Part shown: positions 37,988 through 44,309 of the stretch, piece by piece
How the letters are laid out: each line of letters starts with the position of its first letter
How positions within the stretch are numbered: position 1 is the stretch's first letter
Assembly (NCBI GenBank): GCA_000989305.1
Contig: LBTB01000013.1
Span: 1 to 44,309 of the forward strand
Direction of reading: 5' to 3'
Origin: Candidatus Shapirobacteria bacterium GW2011_GWF2_37_20
Lineage (GTDB): Bacteria; Patescibacteriota; Microgenomatia; UBA12405
Length of the DNA stretch: 44,309 nucleotides
Notes under the pieces: model-generated
Told to the model about the DNA's origin: nothing
Seen by the model: only the letters and a program-made list of their open reading frames with translations
Database searches by the model: none
Made by a program: the position numbers and the translations under genes

Positions 37988-38986
37988 ATGGACATTAGAA
38001 GACTACCAAAAACAGAATTTGCCGCCGCTGTGGCTCAAATTGCCGGAGAGCGCAATATTGATCCCCAGGAAATTATCGATGCCATTGAACAGGGTTTGAT
38101 TTCTGCCTATAAACGGGATCAAAAAGAACACGGTGTTATTGTTCCCGAAGAAACTCTTTTTGAGGTCGATCTGGCACCCGAGTCCGGTTCTTTTGCCATT
38201 TTCGAAATGGATGGCGAAAAAAGAAAGAATGTTACTCCTCCCGGTTTTGGCCGTATAGCTGCCATGACCGCCAAACAAGTCATTGATCAAAAAATTCATG
38301 AAGTCGAAAGAGAAACGATTGTGACTGAATATCGTCAAAAAATCGGCACTCTCGTTTTGGGGGTAATTCTTAGAATTGATCCCTATAAAATGAGTGTCGG
38401 TATCGGTAAAACTGAAGGCCTCTTCTTAAAAGAAGAACAAATAAAAAACGAATCTTTAACCGTAGGCACCAAAAAATTATTTCTAATTAAAGGTATCAGT
38501 GAAGACGAGAACACGGGTCGTAAAGACATTATTCTTTCCCGTCGGGACCCCGAATTTATCGAACAACTCTTTGTCAGGGAAGTTCCCGAGGTCGGTAATC
38601 ATACGGTCGTAATTGAAAAAATTGCCCGTGAAGCCGGCCAAAGAACTAAAGTGGCTGTCAGTAGCTCTCAAAATGGAATTGATCCGGTTGGTTCCTGTAT
38701 TGGTCAAAAAGGTTCAAGAATTCAGTCAGTTCTCGGCGAACTTCCTGCCGACGAAAAAGTCGACGTTGTTGCCTTTGCTAAAAACCAGACTCAATTCATT
38801 ATGAACGCTCTTTCTCCGGCCTCTGAAGTAAAAGTAATTTCCCTAAAAGGTAACCTGGCTGTTGTTGAGGTACCCGAAGAACAATTAGCTCTTGCTATTG
38901 GCTCCGGTGGTGAAAACGTTCGCTTGGCTGGTATGCTCACTGACACGGACATCAAAGTTGGTGCCGCCAAATCAGCTAAAGGCTGA
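37988..38986 (+). CDS. nusA: Transcription factor NusA
   Basis: FGRIAA.TAKQVI, IILSR, IAREAG.RTKVAV, DPVGSCIG.KGSR and LAIG.GG.NVRLA. Start at ATG 37988. Confidence 0.97.
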   Translation: MDIRRLPKTEFAAAVAQIAGERNIDPQEIIDAIEQGLISAYKRDQKEHGVIVPEETLFEVDLAPESGSFAIFEMDGEKRKNVTPPGFGRIAAMTAKQVIDQKIHEVERETIVTEYRQKIGTLVLGVILRIDPYKMSVGIGKTEGLFLKEEQIKNESLTVGTKKLFLIKGISEDENTGRKDIILSRRDPEFIEQLFVREVPEVGNHTVVIEKIAREAGQRTKVAVSSSQNGIDPVGSCIGQKGSRIQSVLGELPADEKVDVVAFAKNQTQFIMNALSPASEVKVISLKGNLAVVEVPEEQLALAIGSGGENVRLAGMLTDTDIKVGAAKSAKG

Positions 38987-39026
38987 TCCGTTTCTTGCGG
39001 AAAATTTACAATTTAATTTTTTAAGT

Positions 39027-40469
39027 ATGACTACAAATTCGGCAAATAAATTCCGCCCACCCATCGTCGCCGTCATGGGTCATATTGACCATGGCAAAAC
39101 CACTCTTTTGGACAAAATCCGTAGTGCCCATGTTGCTTTAAAAGAATCCGGCGGTATTACTCAACATATTTCCTCATATCAAACTGAAGTTAAGTTAAAA
39201 AATGGTAAATCAGGCTTAATTACATTTATTGATACCCCCGGTCATGCCGCCTTTTGTGCCATGCGCACCCGAGGTGCTGATGCCACCGATATTGTCGTTT
39301 TAGTTATTTCTGCCACTGATGGAGTTATGGCTCAAACCAAAGAATGTATTAATCAAATAAAAAAGGCCAATCTTCCCGTTATTGTTGCTTTAACCAAGTT
39401 TGATTTAGACACTCGTCAGCCGGAAATGGTTAAGGGCCAGCTGGTGGAAATGGATTTGACTCCTGAAGAATATGGTGGTCAGGTTGCCGTTATTCCCGTT
39501 TCGGCCAAAAATGGTACCGGTATCGAAGAACTTTTAGACCTAATTCTTTTAAATGCCGAGATTATGGAACTTAAAGATGAATCAGACGCCCCCCTAGAAG
39601 CAGTAGTGGTTGAATCAAAACTAGACACTACCCGTGGTCCAGTAGCCGCCGTTATCGTCAAGAAAGGAATATTAAAACTCGGTGATCAAATCTTTGCTGA
39701 GGAGATTACCGGTAAGGTCAAGGCCTTGCTCGATTCCAATGGAAAAAACATCAAAGAGGCCAGTCCTGGTACCCCTGTCGAAATTCTGGGATTTGAAAAG
39801 GTTCCCTGCGTTGGTGCCAGAGTAGCTAACCATCCCCTTGAAGTTAGTTCTGAAAAAATAGTTGATGTCAAGACAGTTTTTGATCCTGACATCCCTCGGC
39901 TTAATATCGTTATCAAAGCTGACGTTGAAGGCACTCTCGAAGCCCTTAAAAACAGTCTAAGTGACGATGTCAACTTGATCTATACCGGTGTTGGTCCTGT
40001 TAACGACAACGACGTTATTGCTGCCAAGACCAGCCACGCCGAGCTTTTCGCCTTTAATGTTCCTGTTAGTAAAACCATTAAAAACCTGGCCGATAATGAA
40101 AAAGTTTTAATTTTTGAATCCAAGATAATTTACGAAATTATTGAAGATATTCAGTCTCAGGTTTTGAAGATGCTTGACCCGACGATTGAAGACACTATTG
40201 TGGGCGAGGGGACAATTATTGCCGAATTTAAAATTGAAAAAGTCCGTATAGCTGGGGTAAAAATCACTAAAGGGGAAATGACCAAAGGTGATTCTGTTCA
40301 CTTAATGCGTGATGCTAAAATCATCAAAAATACTCAAATCGAAGGTATCCGCCAGGGAAAAGAAATTGTGGAAAAAATTAAAGCGGGTCACGATTGTGGC
40401 ATGACATTTCGTCCTTATGTTGACTTTAAATTAGGAGATGCTATAATAGCCTATAAGAATTCCAAATAA
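39027..40469 (+). CDS. infB: Translation initiation factor IF-2 (minimal, no N-terminal domain)
   Basis: RPPIVAVMGHIDHGKTTLLD, GGITQHI, DTPGHAAF..MR.RGA and KADV.GTLEA. Start at ATG 39027. Confidence 0.96.
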   Translation: MTTNSANKFRPPIVAVMGHIDHGKTTLLDKIRSAHVALKESGGITQHISSYQTEVKLKNGKSGLITFIDTPGHAAFCAMRTRGADATDIVVLVISATDGVMAQTKECINQIKKANLPVIVALTKFDLDTRQPEMVKGQLVEMDLTPEEYGGQVAVIPVSAKNGTGIEELLDLILLNAEIMELKDESDAPLEAVVVESKLDTTRGPVAAVIVKKGILKLGDQIFAEEITGKVKALLDSNGKNIKEASPGTPVEILGFEKVPCVGARVANHPLEVSSEKIVDVKTVFDPDIPRLNIVIKADVEGTLEALKNSLSDDVNLIYTGVGPVNDNDVIAAKTSHAELFAFNVPVSKTIKNLADNEKVLIFESKIIYEIIEDIQSQVLKMLDPTIEDTIVGEGTIIAEFKIEKVRIAGVKITKGEMTKGDSVHLMRDAKIIKNTQIEGIRQGKEIVEKIKAGHDCGMTFRPYVDFKLGDAIIAYKNSK

Positions 40470-40494
40470 TCATTTATTTGTAAGCAGGACAAAT

Positions 40495-41304
40495 ATGAAA
40501 AATTATAATGTTACTGAAATAAAAACTCTCGTTGACAACGCTAAAAGCGCTCTTATTGCTGTACCCACCCTCTCTGTTGATAGCATCGGTGCCGCTCTTG
40601 CCTTGGCCATCTCTCTAAAAAAACAAGGCAAAGAAGTAAAAGTTTTCTGTCCTCAAAAAACTGATCAAAACTATTCAAAACTAAGTGGTTTAGAGCTTTT
40701 AGTTGATACTTATTCTGATTCCAGCCTGGTTGTTTCCCTAGACTATCCTATTGACCAAATCGAAGCTGTTTCATACAACGATGACGGTGGTCACCTCAAT
40801 TTAGTAGTCAAAACTAAATCTGGCGCTGCCAAAGTTGAAACTAATCAAATTTCAATCAACAATAGCGGTTCAACTGCCGATGTTTGTTTCATGCTCGGTG
40901 ACGAAGCTCCCTTAGGTGTGGCCGCTTCTATGGTCAATCAGGGAAATTGGATTTTAATTACTCCCTCTCAGGTTACTAAAACCTGGGCCAAGGTTACACT
41001 CTTGGATCCCGATGCTCCTTTTTCTGAAATCTTTACCTTCTTGCTACCTATGCTTGGCCTAACTCTTGATATTGATTCCGGTAAAGATTTGTTAATTGGT
41101 CTCCGTGTCGCCACCCAATCCTTTAGTGTCAATGTTTCCCCCGAAACCTTTGAAGCTGGTGCTATCTGCTTACGTGCCACACAGCCAGAGGAAACTGCAC
41201 CTCAATCCGAGGAACCAATTTCTATTGAAAACGTTGAAAAAACTGGCGGTTTGGCTCCTGGTGCCAACAATATCACCAAGCCCAACCCCACCCCTACCGC
41301 TTAA
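40495..41304 (+). CDS. Degenerate DHH/NrnA-like protein
   Basis: VDSIGAALALA..L...GK.V resembles DHH motif I; SEI, LLIG...T.SF and ETFE are also family-like. No DHH triad. Confidence 0.55.
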   Translation: MKNYNVTEIKTLVDNAKSALIAVPTLSVDSIGAALALAISLKKQGKEVKVFCPQKTDQNYSKLSGLELLVDTYSDSSLVVSLDYPIDQIEAVSYNDDGGHLNLVVKTKSGAAKVETNQISINNSGSTADVCFMLGDEAPLGVAASMVNQGNWILITPSQVTKTWAKVTLLDPDAPFSEIFTFLLPMLGLTLDIDSGKDLLIGLRVATQSFSVNVSPETFEAGAICLRATQPEETAPQSEEPISIENVEKTGGLAPGANNITKPNPTPTA

Positions 41305-41320
41305 ATTTTTATCCCTAATT

Positions 41321-41557
41321 ATGCCTTTTATCCCCAACAGAATTGAAGCAGTTTGTGGAGCTCACATTGACTTTATGTCCCAAGATCCTATGGTCACAGT
41401 TAAAACTGAACTTGGCGGTAAAGGAGCAATGTGTGCCGGATGCACTTTTACCATTAATCACGAAACAGGTAGAGTTACTTTAACAAACACAGATAAATAC
41501 CGCGAATGCTTGGAAGATAAAGCTCCGATTGCTGATAAAACATCAGCCTCGGAGTAA
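41321..41557 (+). CDS. Hypothetical 78-aa protein with 4 Cys (CxxC)
   Basis: Starts at ATG 41321 after the stop of the preceding gene: MPFIPNRIEAVCGAH...MCAGC...RECL. Confidence 0.5.
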   Translation: MPFIPNRIEAVCGAHIDFMSQDPMVTVKTELGGKGAMCAGCTFTINHETGRVTLTNTDKYRECLEDKAPIADKTSASE

Positions 41558-41564
41558 TTTTTTA

Positions 41565-41652
41565 TGCTATAATCCTTTCCTGACTATTAAATCGGTTTTT
41601 TGGGAGCCATTCCAAAATATTATAATTTACCGACAAATAGCCAAATAATTAC
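41565..41652 (+). promoter_or_regulatory. Promoter and structured 5' leader of rpsO (candidate S15 leader)
   Basis: TGcTATAAT at 41565-73. Nested stems CTATT/AATAG, TCGGT/ACCGA and TTTTGGGA/TTCCAAAA. Confidence 0.55.
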
Positions 41653-41922
41653 ATGGCATTAACTACCGAAGAAAAAAGCGAGATTATCGCTAAATATTCC
41701 CAAGCTAAGGGTGATACTGGTTCTCCTGAAATCCAAGTAGCAATTCTTTCAAAAGAAATCGAAAAACTGCAGGGACATCTGGGTGAAAACAAGCACGATT
41801 CTCCCGCCAAAAGAGGTTTATTGAGTAAGTTGGCCAAACGCCGACGTTTACTCCGCTATCTTTCAATCCACAACGAAGAGCGTTACGCCAAAATCGTTAC
41901 CGGTCTGAATCTTAAAAAATAA
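41653..41922 (+). CDS. rpsO: 30S ribosomal protein S15
   Basis: DTGSPEIQVAIL, HL..NKHD...KRGLL....KRRRLL.YL. Confidence 0.98.
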   Translation: MALTTEEKSEIIAKYSQAKGDTGSPEIQVAILSKEIEKLQGHLGENKHDSPAKRGLLSKLAKRRRLLRYLSIHNEERYAKIVTGLNLKK

Positions 41923-41968
41923 GTGTCTCTCTTTGCTTTATAATCAATTTATATTATTTTAATTTATC

Positions 41969-44188
41969 ATGGCTAAAAACTCTGTCGATATTACTATCGG
42001 AAACAAAAAAATTACACTTACTACCGGTCAACTTGCCCCTCAGGCTAATGCTGCAGTCACTGCTCAAATAGGCAATACTGTAGTCCTGGCCACCGTTGTT
42101 TTAGGCGCCATTGATAAAAACAAAGATTATTTTCCTCTCTCTGTTGAATTTGCCGACAAGCTTTACGCTGGCGGTTTAATCAAAGGTGGTAAATGGATCA
42201 AGCGCGAAGGTGGCCCTTCCGATACCGCCATCCTTTTTGGTCGCATTATCGATCGCTCCATTCGCCCGCTATTCTCCACCGATTTTAAATATGAAGTTCA
42301 GGTTATCGTCACCGTTTTGAGTAACGATAAAGAAAACGATGTTGTTATTCCCGCCTTTACGGCCGTTTCCACCGCCTTAATGCTTTCAGACATTCCCTTT
42401 AGTGGTCCCGTTTCCATTGTTCGTGTCGGCTCAGAAAATAACGAATTAAAACTTTTCCCCACTATTAGCGATCTTCAAAAATCGACCTTAGATCTCCTCG
42501 TTTGTAAGGATGCCAAAGGTATCAACATGATCGAAGCTGATGCCAATATTGTTGACAATGACACTGCCCTCAAGGCCATGCAACTAGCTTTTGATACTGG
42601 TACCGAAATTAACAAACAATTAGAAGAATTTGCCAAAAAATTCGGTAAAAAGAAAATTGAATATGAGCCCCTGTCTCCATCAAAAGAATTAATTTCTGAA
42701 ATTGAGACCTTGGTCAAAAAAGAATTGACTCAATTCATGGCCGATGGCGTTGATGGTGCTCACATTATTGCCGAAGATAAAATCAAAGAAAAAGTCAAAG
42801 AAGCTTATGAAACCAAAATCAAAGCCGAAGAAGTTGAGGCCAATCAAGTCATCGAAGCTGTTGATATTTTAGTTCGTCAATACTTGCGGACAGCTACTTT
42901 AGCTGGTACTCGTTATGACAAAAGAGCCTTTGACGAAATCCGTCCTTTAGAGATAGAGGCCGGAGTTCTTCCTATGACCCATGGTTCAGCTCTTTTTCAA
43001 CGCGGTTTAACTCAAGCACTAACTATTACCACTCTTGGCTCATTAGCCGAACAGCAATATCTTCAAAGTAGTAATGGTGAAGTATCTAAGCGTTACATTC
43101 ATTATTATTCCGCCGCTCCTTTTTCCACCGGCCAAACTGGTCGTTTCGGCCGTCCAGGTCGTCGCGAAGTTGGTCATGGTGCACTAGCTGAAAAGGCCTT
43201 AGTTCCTGTTATTCCTTCTATTGAAGATTTTCCCTATACCATTACTTTAACCTCTGAGGTTATGTCTCAAAACGGTTCTTCCTCTATGGCTTCTACCTGC
43301 GGTTCCACTCTCTCACTTATGGATGCTGGTGTTCCTATCAAAGACAAAGTTGCTGGAATTTCTATTGGTATGATTTCCGATGATGCAGACAAATATGTTT
43401 TATTAACCGACATCGCTGGAATTGAAGACCATTGTGGTGATATGGATTTTAAAATTACCGGTACCCGGAATGGTATTACTGCCATCCAACTTGATATCAA
43501 GAGAATGGGACTATCCATGCAAATGATTATCGATACCTTTGCTGCTTCTACCAAAGCTCGTCTTCAAATTTTAGATAAAATTGATTCGGTACTTCCAGCC
43601 CCTCGAGCTGAATTATCCCAATACGCTCCCAAAATCAAAATGATTACTCTTCCCGAAGATAAAATCGGTGAAGTTATTGGCTCCGGCGGTAAAACCATCA
43701 AGGGCTTAATGGAAAAATATGGTGTCGAAATTGATATTGACGATGACGGTCGCGCCTCTGTTTGTGCCATTGATAAGGATAAAATAGATGCCTGTCTTTA
43801 TGAGATTGAATCTATGATTAAGGAAGTCCAGATTGGTGAAGAATATGATGGTGTTGTCACTCGCGTCGAGGCCTATGGCGCCTTTGTTGAATTTCTCCCT
43901 GGCCGAGAAGCTCTTCTTCATGTTTCTGAATTAAGTGGGGGATTCATTTCCGATCCTTCCTCTATTATAAAAATCGGCGACAAACTTAAAGTCAAAATTT
44001 CCGGATTCAACGATAATCATCAAATAAAATTAAGTTCTCCTGAGTTTAAAGCAGCTCATCCGGGTAATCCCGATGCTATGCCTCAACGTGATGGTCCTTC
44101 AGCCTCCGGTCGTCCTCCCTTCCGAAACTTCGGTAGCCCTAGTGGTCAAAACCGTTCCTCTTTTGGTGGTGGCCGCCCCCGACGCTAA
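41969..44188 (+). CDS. pnp: Polyribonucleotide nucleotidyltransferase (PNPase)
   Basis: FPLSV, DRSIRPLF, HGSALFQRG.TQ, RREVGHG.LAE, NGSSSMAS.CG, EDH.GDMDFK, plus KH (IG.VIG.GG) and S1 domains. Confidence 0.98.
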   Translation: MAKNSVDITIGNKKITLTTGQLAPQANAAVTAQIGNTVVLATVVLGAIDKNKDYFPLSVEFADKLYAGGLIKGGKWIKREGGPSDTAILFGRIIDRSIRPLFSTDFKYEVQVIVTVLSNDKENDVVIPAFTAVSTALMLSDIPFSGPVSIVRVGSENNELKLFPTISDLQKSTLDLLVCKDAKGINMIEADANIVDNDTALKAMQLAFDTGTEINKQLEEFAKKFGKKKIEYEPLSPSKELISEIETLVKKELTQFMADGVDGAHIIAEDKIKEKVKEAYETKIKAEEVEANQVIEAVDILVRQYLRTATLAGTRYDKRAFDEIRPLEIEAGVLPMTHGSALFQRGLTQALTITTLGSLAEQQYLQSSNGEVSKRYIHYYSAAPFSTGQTGRFGRPGRREVGHGALAEKALVPVIPSIEDFPYTITLTSEVMSQNGSSSMASTCGSTLSLMDAGVPIKDKVAGISIGMISDDADKYVLLTDIAGIEDHCGDMDFKITGTRNGITAIQLDIKRMGLSMQMIIDTFAASTKARLQILDKIDSVLPAPRAELSQYAPKIKMITLPEDKIGEVIGSGGKTIKGLMEKYGVEIDIDDDGRASVCAIDKDKIDACLYEIESMIKEVQIGEEYDGVVTRVEAYGAFVEFLPGREALLHVSELSGGFISDPSSIIKIGDKLKVKISGFNDNHQIKLSSPEFKAAHPGNPDAMPQRDGPSASGRPPFRNFGSPSGQNRSSFGGGRPRR

Positions 44189-44229
44189 GGTCAGTCTGAA
44201 TTTTTTCTGAAAAGTAATATAATCCACTT

Positions 44230-44309
44230 ATGTTCTGTCGTTCCTGTGGTAAAAAAATCAGCCCCAAAAGTATTTTTTGTGAATACTGTGGGGAGAAACA
44301 GAAAAAAAT
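44230..44309 (+). CDS. Zinc-ribbon domain protein, N-terminal part (runs off the right edge)
   Basis: MFCRSCGKKISPKSIFCEYCGEKQ (CxxCG-x9-FCxxCG). TATAAT lies 6 nt upstream. Confidence 0.75.
   Translation, partial: MFCRSCGKKISPKSIFCEYCGEKQKK

Overview
This is a compact, AT-rich bacterial chromosome segment using genetic code 11 (TGA is a stop). Gene content and style suggest a Patescibacteria/CPR organism of Microgenomates type (inference): trimmed IF2, PcrA, MetG and DnaJ, almost no Shine-Dalgarno sites, and PilN/PilO plus PT-rich surface proteins. From left to right it holds: a minus-strand unit (leader peptide, terminator, tRNA-Trp, Asp/Glu racemase-family gene); rplY; a tsaC-tsaE fusion and tsaD; tatD, metG, rpsT; a 14-kb envelope block (murJ, pilN/pilO-like genes, FN3 and PT-rich surface proteins, UbiA/DPPR synthase, two GT-C enzymes, a split GT4, a CDP-sugar epimerase, PAP2, DUF2298+LysM); pcrA, femAB-like, gatCAB, HD and alpha/beta hydrolases, an AddA-like helicase-nuclease, dut, rmuC; a CIRCE-hrcA-grpE-dnaK-dnaJ operon; and nusA, infB, a degenerate DHH gene, rpsO and pnp. 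The most notable candidate is a ribosome-mediated Phe-Tyr-Trp attenuator whose terminator directly abuts a tRNA-Trp gene (273-432). Other highlights are pervasive leaderless -10 boxes 5-7 nt upstream of start codons and a candidate polyprenyl-phospho-pentose surface-protein glycosylation locus. No CRISPR array, rRNA gene or mobile element was recognised. All calls come from motif reading by eye; no searches or folding programs were run.
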